Assembly (NCBI GenBank): GCA_031552315.1
Contig: JAVBMP010000031.1
Coordinates: 14,548 to 78,547 of the forward strand
From: Desulfovibrionaceae bacterium
GTDB lineage: Bacteria; Desulfobacterota; Desulfovibrionia; Desulfovibrionales; Desulfovibrionaceae
Length of the DNA: 64,000 nt
Reading direction: 5' to 3'
Part shown: one piece after another, positions 55,006-63,429 of the stretch
Layout: each line of letters starts with the position of its first letter
Numbering within the stretch: the first letter of the stretch is position 1
Translations under genes and position numbers: made by a program
Notes under the pieces: generated by a model
The model's database searches: none
What the model saw: the letters and a program-made list of their open reading frames with translations, nothing else
Told to the model about the DNA's origin: nothing

Positions 55006-55054
55006 TCTGGGGGGAAACCTCAAGGGCTTCAAGCCCTTGGGGTTTCCCCCCAGA
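55006..55054. repeat. GC-rich 49-bp palindromic REP-like element (probable transcript-end hairpin)
   Basis: tctggggggaaacctcaagggcttcaagcccttggggtttccccccaga, 8 nt after the stop of the DUF2333 gene. Confidence 0.8.
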
Positions 55055-55061
55055 TTGCGCG

Positions 55062-56012
55062 TTATATCCGAATGCTGTCGCGTATATCTTCCAGGCGGTT
55101 TTTCACAAACATCAGGTAAGATATGATCAGTTCGCCGGAATTGAAGGTGCTGGTTATGTACAGCGGGTCATATTCCGCTATCAGGTCAAGGTAATGCAGC
55201 ACAACCTGCATGTTTTCCTCGTTATTTTTGCCGCACACTTCCGGGTAGAGGGTATACAGGGCTTTTACATAGTCGCGCACCACCAGGGCCACGCCCTGCG
55301 CTTCATAGATGCGGTTGTCCAGCGTGTAGAAGGGCAGGGTTTGGCTTTGCTGCAACTGCCCAAGGGCGTAGCCAAGCACGTTGTCGCCAAGCACCAGGCC
55401 GAAGGCGGAATAAATGTCGTCTGACCGGCAATTGTAGGTGCTTTTGCCGGTATCCAGGTCTTTTTTATAGCTTTCCAGCAGCTTCAGGCCGGATTCATAC
55501 GAGCCTTCCGCCGAGGGGAACCAGAACTTTTGCGGGTTTATGGAAAAATGGTTCATGCGGGCCTTGTGCAGGTCTTCGCTTTCCCGGTCATTGCTGCCCA
55601 GTTTGGCTATGACCATGGAATAATGATCCAGCATGGCCTTGGTGGCTATGTAAACGCCAAACTGGCGGTAGGCCCGGTTATCCAGCACATATTTGTTGAA
55701 GATGATGTCGTTGGCGCTCCACCCGAAGGTGGAATCAAGCTCACGCCGCATCTGGAAGGTAATGGCGTCCAGCAAGGCCTTGCCTTTGGCGTTTTCCCGC
55801 TGTTCCGGGGCTATTTTTTCACCGCCCAGGCGGGTTTTTTCTTCAGAAAAGGACTCTGCCGCCGGGAAGGAAGCTGGAAAGACAACCTTGTCCACCAGGG
55901 CGTAAAGGCGCTGGCTGCCCCAAATTACCAGAAGAATGCCCACAAATATAACGGCCTGAATCAAAAGGACTTTACCTAGGCGCTTGAAGTTTTCCGCGTT
56001 GAAAATAAGCAT
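55062..56012 (-). CDS. DUF2333-like membrane-anchored protein
   Basis: TM helix VLLIQAVIFVGILLVIWG. DNRAYRQFGVYIATKAMLDHYS and FWFPSAEGSYESGLKLLESYKKDL fit my memory of DUF2333. The ATG at 56012 has a GGAG upstream. Confidence 0.7.
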   Translation of the reverse strand: MLIFNAENFKRLGKVLLIQAVIFVGILLVIWGSQRLYALVDKVVFPASFPAAESFSEEKTRLGGEKIAPEQRENAKGKALLDAITFQMRRELDSTFGWSANDIIFNKYVLDNRAYRQFGVYIATKAMLDHYSMVIAKLGSNDRESEDLHKARMNHFSINPQKFWFPSAEGSYESGLKLLESYKKDLDTGKSTYNCRSDDIYSAFGLVLGDNVLGYALGQLQQSQTLPFYTLDNRIYEAQGVALVVRDYVKALYTLYPEVCGKNNEENMQVVLHYLDLIAEYDPLYITSTFNSGELIISYLMFVKNRLEDIRDSIRI

Positions 56013-56326
56013 GGGGGTTGGCTCCGTCTTATGGTGAAAAAATGCTGTTTTACAGAAAAACATATTTCGGGGTGTATGTCCAGAGTAATGGCGCAGTATT
56101 CCATCGATTGTATGGCTGTTATGCTCGGGCTTTGTTATGGTATCAACAGGTGATAAAATACCTTGAAAAGACTTTGGTTGTGAATCATAATGCAATACCT
56201 GTATCGGAAGAAATGCACATTATTGTATTAATCGCGCCGAAATGTTTAAGTATTTTTGCAAAGTGTAGATATTGGTTTCAGCTTGTTGTTTATGATAGCG
56301 AATTTAAAGATAAGCGAGTAAAAAAC

Positions 56327-57583
56327 ATGTTTACTGACGCGATAGGTATAACCACAATGGACTGGCTGAACATGTTGGGGACGCCTGCTATTTTCGGGCA
56401 GAGTGAAATTACAGTATTGCGCAAATGGTTGTGGTTCAAGGGTTCAGCAACCTGCGCGGAAGTTGGCAAGGCTTATTCGGAACATCCTTCTACCTATATC
56501 CAGCCAATGGTGGCATTGGCCAAGCGCGTTGTCAAACACACAAAATGTAAAGCGCCGTTGCGTGAAAACGGCAGCGGCAAGACCGCCTGGTGGAATATTC
56601 CTTTTACCGGCACATACCTTGATAACGGCAACTTTCAGTGGACAATAAGGCCGGAGCTGCTGCAAGCGTTGCTGGATGCGGGTATTTCAAAAATGGAGCC
56701 GCCTGATCTGCCCCTGATTACAGCTAGTTATGCATATACGAAAGAAAGCTTTCTTGCGGATGTGTACATGCCTGAAGCTGAATATGACTCTCTTGTTTCT
56801 CTTCTACAGCATAAAAAGAATGTTATCTTGCAGGGCGCGCCAGGCGTTGGCAAAACGTTTGCCGCCAAGCGCCTGGCGTATTCCATGCTTGGCGAAAAAC
56901 GTGAGGCGAACATTAAATGCATTCAATTTCACCAGAGCTATTCATATGAAGATTTTGTTATGGGGTATAAACCGGTGGATTCCGGCTTTGCTTTGCAGCC
57001 TGGTATATTTTATAATTTTTGCCGGCAAGCAACGGATAGCCCCAAAGAAAATTTCTTTTTCATAATTGATGAGATTAACCGTGGCAACCTCAGCAAGATA
57101 TTTGGAGAACTGCTGATGCTGATTGAAAAGGATTATCGCGGCACTAAAATAACCTTGTCTTCCAATGCGGAAGAATTTTCCGTGCCGGAAAATCTTTATA
57201 TAATAGGGACGATGAATACGGCTGACAGAAGCCTTGCCATGATAGATTATGCCCTGCGCCGAAGGTTCAGCTTTTTTAGCATGCGCCCGGCATTTCATAC
57301 CGATCAGTTTGTTTTGTACCAGCAAAAATTGAAGAGTAACCATTTTGATTCGCTGATTGCGCTTGTTACGCAGATGAATACAGAAATTCGGGCTGATGCC
57401 GCGTTGGGAGAAGGTTTTTGTATTGGACACAGCTATTTTTGTGAGCAAAAAAAATGCAATGCAGACTGGCTTGATGGCGTCATCAGGTACGATCTTATGC
57501 CAATGCTGAATGAATATTGGTTTGACAATGCTGACAAGGCTCAGGAATGGATAGGCAAATTGCTGAATGTTACCCATGAATAA
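56327..57583 (+). CDS. mcrB: McrB-type AAA+ GTPase subunit of a type IV (modification-dependent) restriction system
   Basis: Walker A LQGAPGVGKTF; FHQSYSYEDFVMGY; FFIIDEINRGNLSKIFGELLMLIE; IIGTMNTADRSLAMIDYALRRRF. The start is uncertain because the ORF is open from 56018. Confidence 0.9.
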   Translation: MFTDAIGITTMDWLNMLGTPAIFGQSEITVLRKWLWFKGSATCAEVGKAYSEHPSTYIQPMVALAKRVVKHTKCKAPLRENGSGKTAWWNIPFTGTYLDNGNFQWTIRPELLQALLDAGISKMEPPDLPLITASYAYTKESFLADVYMPEAEYDSLVSLLQHKKNVILQGAPGVGKTFAAKRLAYSMLGEKREANIKCIQFHQSYSYEDFVMGYKPVDSGFALQPGIFYNFCRQATDSPKENFFFIIDEINRGNLSKIFGELLMLIEKDYRGTKITLSSNAEEFSVPENLYIIGTMNTADRSLAMIDYALRRRFSFFSMRPAFHTDQFVLYQQKLKSNHFDSLIALVTQMNTEIRADAALGEGFCIGHSYFCEQKKCNADWLDGVIRYDLMPMLNEYWFDNADKAQEWIGKLLNVTHE

Positions 57584-58619
57584 AAAAGAAATTATTGTTT
57601 CCAATATATACTATATGCTTGCATACGCCTATGCTAACCTGCAGCACAAAGGATACAAGGATATTGCAACAGAGAAGTTTGAAAATGCCCTGGATTTGTT
57701 GGCGGCCATACTTGCCAGGGGCATGACCCTGCAACTTAAGCAGGGCCTGGGCAAACAGTATATGGAACTTGATGATAACCTTGCCTGCTTGAAGGGCAAG
57801 GTTAATATCAAGGAATCCATTATGTTGCGTATGCGGCATGAACGCAAATTATCCTGCTGTTTTGATGAACTGTCAGAAAACCATGTTTTTAATCAAATTT
57901 TGAAGACGACTGCGCTTTATTTGATTCGCGCAGGCGAAGTAAAACCAAAGAACAAGGAATTGTTAAAAAAAACAGTGGCTTTTTTTTCCAGCATTGACGT
58001 CCTTAACCCCGCAACGATAAAGTGGCATTCCTTATACTACAGCAGGCATAATGCATCCTACCAAATGCTGATGAACATTTGCTATTTGGTGCTGCATGAA
58101 CTCCTGTTGACGACAGAGAAGGGCACGGTAAAATTGTCCAGTTTTTTTGATGAACAACAGATGTGCAGGCTGTATGAAAAATTTGTGCTTGAGTATTACA
58201 AAAAGCATTTTCCTGAGTGCAACCCGGCAGCTAAAGAAATTAAGTGGAATACCACAGGCGGTACCGCATACCTTCCCAAAATGCAGACCGATATGATGCT
58301 GACTCGCCATGGGAAAACCTTAATAATTGACGCAAAATATTACAGCAAGGTTATGCAGGCACGGTATGGAGTGGAAAAAGTACGGTCAAGCCATTTATAC
58401 CAAATATTTAGTTATGTAAAAAATGCGGATAAAGGCAATACTGGGTGTGTTGACGGCATGTTGCTATATGCCAGGGCAGATGATGCGGATATCCCGGCAA
58501 TGGAATATAATTTGGGTGGTAACAAAATCAGTATCAGGGTGCTTGATTTAAGAGAAAATTTTGCAGAAATCCAAAAACAGCTTGATGATGTTATAAGTGT
58601 GTGGCTGCAAGATTATTAA
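57576..58619 (+). CDS. mcrC: McrC subunit (PD-(D/E)xK nuclease) of the type IV restriction system
   Basis: 8-nt overlap with mcrB. N-terminus NIYYMLAYAY and the nuclease core TLIIDAKYY are present, and the size is typical. Confidence 0.85.
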   Translation: MNKKEIIVSNIYYMLAYAYANLQHKGYKDIATEKFENALDLLAAILARGMTLQLKQGLGKQYMELDDNLACLKGKVNIKESIMLRMRHERKLSCCFDELSENHVFNQILKTTALYLIRAGEVKPKNKELLKKTVAFFSSIDVLNPATIKWHSLYYSRHNASYQMLMNICYLVLHELLLTTEKGTVKLSSFFDEQQMCRLYEKFVLEYYKKHFPECNPAAKEIKWNTTGGTAYLPKMQTDMMLTRHGKTLIIDAKYYSKVMQARYGVEKVRSSHLYQIFSYVKNADKGNTGCVDGMLLYARADDADIPAMEYNLGGNKISIRVLDLRENFAEIQKQLDDVISVWLQDY

Positions 58620-58763
58620 ATAAACTCCGTTCAAAATGCGATCCGATCGCATAATAAACGAAACTACTGTTTTGCCAAACAATAATAATTGGTTATAACC
58701 AGCCGAAAGGCTGCATTGAAGCGTTGCACAACGGCCTCGATTCGGGATCAGGAGGGAGGGGGC

Positions 58764-58813
58764 CTGGGGGAGGGACCCTCAAGGGACGCGTCCCTTGGGG
58801 TTCCCTCCCCCAG
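58764..58813. repeat. GC-rich palindromic REP-like element
   Basis: ctgggggagggaccctcaagggacgcgtcccttggggttccctcccccag, 10 nt after the metK stop. Confidence 0.85.
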
Positions 58814-58823
58814 CATTATTCAC

Positions 58824-59996
58824 TTAAATCTTGGCCGCGGTGCGCAGGTCGGCTGCGGCGTCGGTTTTTTCCCAGTTAAATTCCGGCAGTTCTCGGCCGA
58901 AGTGGCCGTAGCAGGAACTTTTGAGGTAGATGGGGCGCTTCAGGTCAAGGCGTTTGGTAATGAAGTAGGGGCGCAGGTCAAACACTTCCTTTACGGCCCT
59001 GGTGAGTATTTCATCCGGCACGTTGCCGGTGCCAAGGGAAGAGCAGAGCACGGAAACCGGCTTGGCAACGCCTATGCAGTAGGCGATTTGCACTTCGCAC
59101 TTGGGCGCAAGGCCGGAAGCCACCACGTTTTTGGCAATATAGCGGGCCATGTAGGCGGCGGAACGGTCAACCTTGGACGGGTCCTTGCCGGAAAAAGCGC
59201 CGCCGCCGTGGTGGCCCATGCCGCCGTAGGTATCTTGAATGATTTTACGGCCGGTAAGGCCGCAGTCGCCCATGGGGCCGCCAATAACAAAGCGGCCAGT
59301 GGTGTTTATGAAAATTTCGCAGTTGTTTTTATCAAACATGGCGGCGGGCAGGGTGGGCACAATAACCTTGTTGGTTATGTCGGCCACAATTTGTTCCTGA
59401 GTGGCTTCCGGCGCGTGCTGGCTGGAAACTACCACGTTGTTTATGCGCACGGGCTTGCCGTCAACATATTCAAAGGAAACCTGGGTCTTGCCGTCCGGGC
59501 GCAGGTAGGGGATAACGCCGTTTTTGCGCACTTCTGTAAGTTTTTGAGAAAGCTGGTGCGCCCAGTAAATGGGGGCGGGCATAAGGGTGGGGGTGTCATC
59601 GCAGGCAAAGCCGAACATCATGCCCTGGTCGCCCGCGCCCTGGTCTTCATTGGTGGAACGGTCAACGCCCTGGGCAATATCCGGAGACTGCTTGTCTATG
59701 GAAGAAAGCACGGCGCAGGTTTGCCAGTCAAAGCCCATTTCAGAGCTGTTATAGCCTATTTCCTTAACGGTTTTGCGCACAATTTCCGGGAAATCGGCAT
59801 AACCACGGGAAGTTATTTCACCGGCGATAACCGCCATGCCGGTAGTAACCAGCGTTTCACAGGCCACGCGGGATTCCGGGTCTTCACGCAGCAGGCCGTC
59901 AAGAATGGCGTCTGAAATTTGGTCGGCAACCTTGTCCGGGTGGCCTTCGGTTACGGATTCAGAGGTGAAATAATACTTTCCTTTTGCGGGTATCAT
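58824..59996 (-). CDS. metK: S-adenosylmethionine synthetase
   Basis: [24 protein letters not shown] and [19 protein letters not shown]. Confidence 0.98.
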   Translation of the reverse strand: MIPAKGKYYFTSESVTEGHPDKVADQISDAILDGLLREDPESRVACETLVTTGMAVIAGEITSRGYADFPEIVRKTVKEIGYNSSEMGFDWQTCAVLSSIDKQSPDIAQGVDRSTNEDQGAGDQGMMFGFACDDTPTLMPAPIYWAHQLSQKLTEVRKNGVIPYLRPDGKTQVSFEYVDGKPVRINNVVVSSQHAPEATQEQIVADITNKVIVPTLPAAMFDKNNCEIFINTTGRFVIGGPMGDCGLTGRKIIQDTYGGMGHHGGGAFSGKDPSKVDRSAAYMARYIAKNVVASGLAPKCEVQIAYCIGVAKPVSVLCSSLGTGNVPDEILTRAVKEVFDLRPYFITKRLDLKRPIYLKSSCYGHFGRELPEFNWEKTDAAADLRTAAKI

Positions 59997-60032
59997 GTTT
60001 GTTCTCCTTAAAAAGTGTTTTATAAAAAATGG

Positions 60033-60881
60033 TTATAAAGTTATGAGGATGTTGTCGATAAGCCGGGCGCGGCCCAGCTTGAAGGCCACAGCCAGAAGGC
60101 AGTTACCGGAAACTTCTTCAATTGGCTGCAAGGTTTCCGCATCGGCCAGGGTAAGGTAATCTACCCGGCCTTGCGGCATTTCTTTGGCATAATGCGCGGT
60201 TATGGCGGCCAGAACGCGGGCCGCGTTTTTTTCTCCGCCCTTCAGCATGGTTTCACCCAGTTGCAGGCCCTTGTACAGGTTGGGGGCAATGGCGCGTTCC
60301 GCCGCTTCAAGGTACTTGTTGCGGGAACTCAGGGCCAGGCCGTCTGCCTCGCGCACGGTGGGCAGCCCCACAATTTCCAGCGGCAGGTCAAGGTCTTTGA
60401 CCATGCGGCGTATTATGGTCAATTGCTGGCGGTCTTTTTCTCCAAACACGGCCACATGCGGGCAGGCCAGCATAAAGAGCTTAAGCACCACGGTGCACAC
60501 CCCGGTAAAGTGCCCGGGGCGGCTGGCCCCGCACATTAAGCCGGAAAGGGCCGGAACTTCCACCCAGGTGGCGTAGCCCGCCGGGTACATGGCTTCCGGC
60601 GTGGGGGTAAAGAGCAAGTCCGCCCCGTTGCGTTCCGCCGTTTTTGTATCTGCCGCCAGATCACGCGGGTAGGCGGCCAAATCTTCTGTGGGGCCAAACT
60701 GGCTGGGGTTCACAAAAAGGCTTACCACCAGTTTGTCTGCCCGGTTGCGGGCTTCTTGCATAAGGGCTTCATGCCCGGAGTGGAAATAGCCCATGGTGGG
60801 CACCAGGGCCACGCGCAGCCCTTCAGACCGCCACTTCAGGCACTGGGCTTGCAATTCTTGCGGAGAGCTGATTATCTGCAT
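60033..60881 (-). CDS. panC: Pantoate--beta-alanine ligase
   Basis: VALVPTMGYFHSGHEALM, VSLFVNPSQFGP and GHFTGVCTVVLKLF. The ATG at 60881 fits typical PanC N-termini. Confidence 0.94.
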   Translation of the reverse strand: MQIISSPQELQAQCLKWRSEGLRVALVPTMGYFHSGHEALMQEARNRADKLVVSLFVNPSQFGPTEDLAAYPRDLAADTKTAERNGADLLFTPTPEAMYPAGYATWVEVPALSGLMCGASRPGHFTGVCTVVLKLFMLACPHVAVFGEKDRQQLTIIRRMVKDLDLPLEIVGLPTVREADGLALSSRNKYLEAAERAIAPNLYKGLQLGETMLKGGEKNAARVLAAITAHYAKEMPQGRVDYLTLADAETLQPIEEVSGNCLLAVAFKLGRARLIDNILITL

Positions 60882-61173
60882 CTTACTAATTCCATGCGCT
60901 TTGATTTCCATGTGTCTTGCGTGAAAAGAACCATATCAATAAATCCAGATATAGTGTTTGAGTGATTATTTACTACATCTTTTTACGTTTGTCCAGTGTT
61001 ATGGCAAAGCGCCAAGCGCAAAAAAAACCGCAAGCTCCGGTTTATAGAGGTTTGCGGCAGGCCTGACGCGTGATTGTCCTTGGTAAACCCTACCTTTGCC
61101 AACCCCATAATGCGGGTTCAGGAGGGAGGGGGCCTGGGGGCCCGCGAACAGAGCATCGCGAAACTCTAAACCC

Positions 61174-61300
61174 CTAGAGTGGTTTACGCTTGAAATAGTC
61201 GCTTAAAGGCGAGCAAAGCTAGCCTAAGACTATTTCGCGGCAAGGATTTGAAGACAAATCCTTGCTGAGCAATTCACTCATTTCAATCGTAAATTGCTCT
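61174..61300 (+). repeat. MITE-like repeat, copy D
   Basis: ctagagtggtttacgcttgaaatagtcgcttaaaggcgagcaaagctagcctaagactatttcgcggcaaggatttgaagacaaatccttgctgagcaattcactcatttcaatcgtaaattgctct. Confidence 0.9.
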
Positions 61301-61324
61301 AATCGGGTTCAGGAGGGTGGGGGC

Positions 61325-61374
61325 CTGGGGGAGGGAACCTCAAGGGACGCGTCCCTTGGGGTTCCCTCCCCCAG
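61325..61374. repeat. GC-rich palindromic REP-like element
   Basis: ctgggggagggaacctcaagggacgcgtcccttggggttccctcccccag, 10 nt after the flgH stop. Confidence 0.85.
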
Positions 61375-61383
61375 AACATTTTC

Positions 61384-62130
61384 CTAGAACGGCCAGATGT
61401 TGTCCAGAACTCTGGTCAGCCAGCCCGGCTTCTGTTTGTCGCTGATAATGCCGGAGCCGTAGTAGGCCACGGTGGAATCGGCCATTTGGGTGGAAAGCAC
61501 GGTGTTGTCGGAACGTACGTCGCTGGGCCGCACCAGCCCGCGCACCACCAGGTATTCTGTTTCACCGTTCACGCGGATTTCGCGCGCGCCTTCAATTTGC
61601 AGCACGCCGCCCGGCAGTATTTGGTGGACGCGCGCGCCCACGCTGGTTGTAACGTAGTTTTCCCGCTTGGTTTCACCGCTGCCGGAAAAAGCGCTGGAGC
61701 TTTTGGCGGCAAGCATGGGGTCAGCGCCCACTTTGCCGCTGGCCAGGCCAAGGGGGGCAAAGGCATAGAGCGGGGAAACGGTTTTGCGCCCGAAGGCGGC
61801 TTCCACACCCAGGTTTATGCTGGATTCACGGTCCGCGTCTGTTTCAGCCTTGTTTTTGGCCTTGGTATTTTCCACCACCTGCACGACAACCAGGTCGCCC
61901 ACGCGACGGGCGCGGTTATCTTCAAACAGCCCGGCGGAAGAGCTTTCACTGTACAGTGAACCGGGGTTGTTGTAGCGCTGTTCCGGTTCACGGTAGGCCT
62001 GAGCGGGCGTTACCGGGGCGGCCGGAGTGGGGCGTTGCGGCCCGGCGGCGCAGCCGGAACCCAGGCTGACGGCCAAAAGCATAAAAGCTGCCAAGCTTTT
62101 TGGGTGCTTGAAAAAATTGTAACTGTTCAT
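61384..62130 (-). CDS. flgH: Flagellar L-ring lipoprotein FlgH
   Basis: Lipobox LGSGC. DNRARRVGDLVVVQVVENT and GGVLQIEGAREIRVNGETEYLVVRGLVRPSDV. Confidence 0.95.
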   Translation of the reverse strand: MNSYNFFKHPKSLAAFMLLAVSLGSGCAAGPQRPTPAAPVTPAQAYREPEQRYNNPGSLYSESSSAGLFEDNRARRVGDLVVVQVVENTKAKNKAETDADRESSINLGVEAAFGRKTVSPLYAFAPLGLASGKVGADPMLAAKSSSAFSGSGETKRENYVTTSVGARVHQILPGGVLQIEGAREIRVNGETEYLVVRGLVRPSDVRSDNTVLSTQMADSTVAYYGSGIISDKQKPGWLTRVLDNIWPF

Positions 62131-62243
62131 AATCCCCTCCGTATGTTGAACTGAAATTTGTTTGCTGTATGCGCCTGCAACCTGCGAATGTTGTTTTCTG
62201 TCAAAGGAATATATTTGCCGTGGGCAGGGGCAAAGGGCACTGC

Positions 62244-63362
62244 TTACAACCCGGCCTGCAATTGGGGCGGGCGTATGAATACTGTGTTGCCGTCCTGCAC
62301 CGTGGCGTAAATTTGTTTGCGGCTGGCCGTGTTGCGTACGGGAATGGTTTCACCCGGCACGCCGTCCGACATGGCTTCCGCGCTGACTGTAAGCGTTACG
62401 CCGCTGGAACGGTAAACCAGGTTCACCTTGCTGCCCTTGGCGACTGTGGGTATGTTAGACAAATCGCTTTGGTAAATGACCTGATCAAGCGTTACCGGGC
62501 GCATAAGCCGCCACGGGCCGCCCTGGCCGTCCCACACCCCTTCACGCAACGATGCCAGGTTTTTGCGCACAAAGGTCACCTTGTCCACTTCCAGGGCCTC
62601 GCCCTTGTTCATGGGGGCGGTGGCGCAGGGCACGTTTATCCAGCAATCTACAAAAACCGTGCCTGTAAGGCGTTTGGTAATGTTTCCGCCAACTTCAACA
62701 ACGTTCAGGCGCAGGCTTACCCGGCCCGCTTCCATCTTGCCGGAAGGTTCCACCTCCAGCTGCTGGTGGGCGTTTGCCATGAATATGTAAGGCGGCAGGC
62801 GGAAGTCCTGCAAGGAAGCTTCACCCGGCAGGGCGGAAACGTATCTTGTCAGTTTTTTGACGGCAATTGCCTGAATGTCGGCGGGCATAAGCACCTTGCC
62901 CCCGCGTTGCAGGGCCATGGAAGGCGGGTAAAGGCAAAGGCGGGCCAGTTCCGGCCCAAGAAATTCCACCGCGGCCTGTTGCAGGCGGGGCCTGGTCATA
63001 TTGACCGGCCTGCCGGATTCCGCCGGGGAAGCCCACAGCTTGCGGGTGGAAAGTTTGGCCCACAAATCAGCCGGGATATCCCCGGCCGGGGTGGCTATTT
63101 CACCCAAAAAAACATCCGGCCCGGCCACGGTGGCCGCTTCAACAAAGCGGATGCGCCAGGCGGTTGCCGGGCCGTATTCTTCCGCGTTTTCCGCCCCAAG
63201 GGCCTTTTGGGCTTGCAGCGGGTTTTGCACCAAAAAGGCCAGGCTGGCCGCCAGAACAATATAGGCAAGCGCCTTGCAGGTGACCTTGAGCATGGCAAAG
63301 GGCAGGCTGTTGCGGAAAATGAATTCTTCATCAATAATAACAACATCAATGGCGTCTGACAT
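62244..63362 (-). CDS. flgA: Flagellar P-ring assembly chaperone FlgA
   Basis: C-terminal SAF-like GSKVNLVYRSSGVTLTVSAEAMSDGVPGETIPVRNTASRKQIYATVQDGNTVFI. AAGGAG lies 6 nt before the ATG at 63362. The ORF extends to 63398. Confidence 0.85.
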   Translation of the reverse strand: MSDAIDVVIIDEEFIFRNSLPFAMLKVTCKALAYIVLAASLAFLVQNPLQAQKALGAENAEEYGPATAWRIRFVEAATVAGPDVFLGEIATPAGDIPADLWAKLSTRKLWASPAESGRPVNMTRPRLQQAAVEFLGPELARLCLYPPSMALQRGGKVLMPADIQAIAVKKLTRYVSALPGEASLQDFRLPPYIFMANAHQQLEVEPSGKMEAGRVSLRLNVVEVGGNITKRLTGTVFVDCWINVPCATAPMNKGEALEVDKVTFVRKNLASLREGVWDGQGGPWRLMRPVTLDQVIYQSDLSNIPTVAKGSKVNLVYRSSGVTLTVSAEAMSDGVPGETIPVRNTASRKQIYATVQDGNTVFIRPPQLQAGL

Positions 63363-63429
63363 GGCTTGCTCCTTGTTGTCCTTAAGGCTCTTGATCATCT
63401 GCCTGGGCTATCCGGTTTCAGGGGTAACC

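Noticed and set aside
56018-56326. About 100-aa N-terminal extension of McrB, or a separate small gene upstream
   Set aside because: The in-frame translation (MLFYRKTYFGVYVQSNGAVFHRLYGCYARALLWYQQ...) looks like translated AT-rich promoter DNA rich in aromatics and Cys. The start remains unproven and could be tested by N-terminal proteomics.
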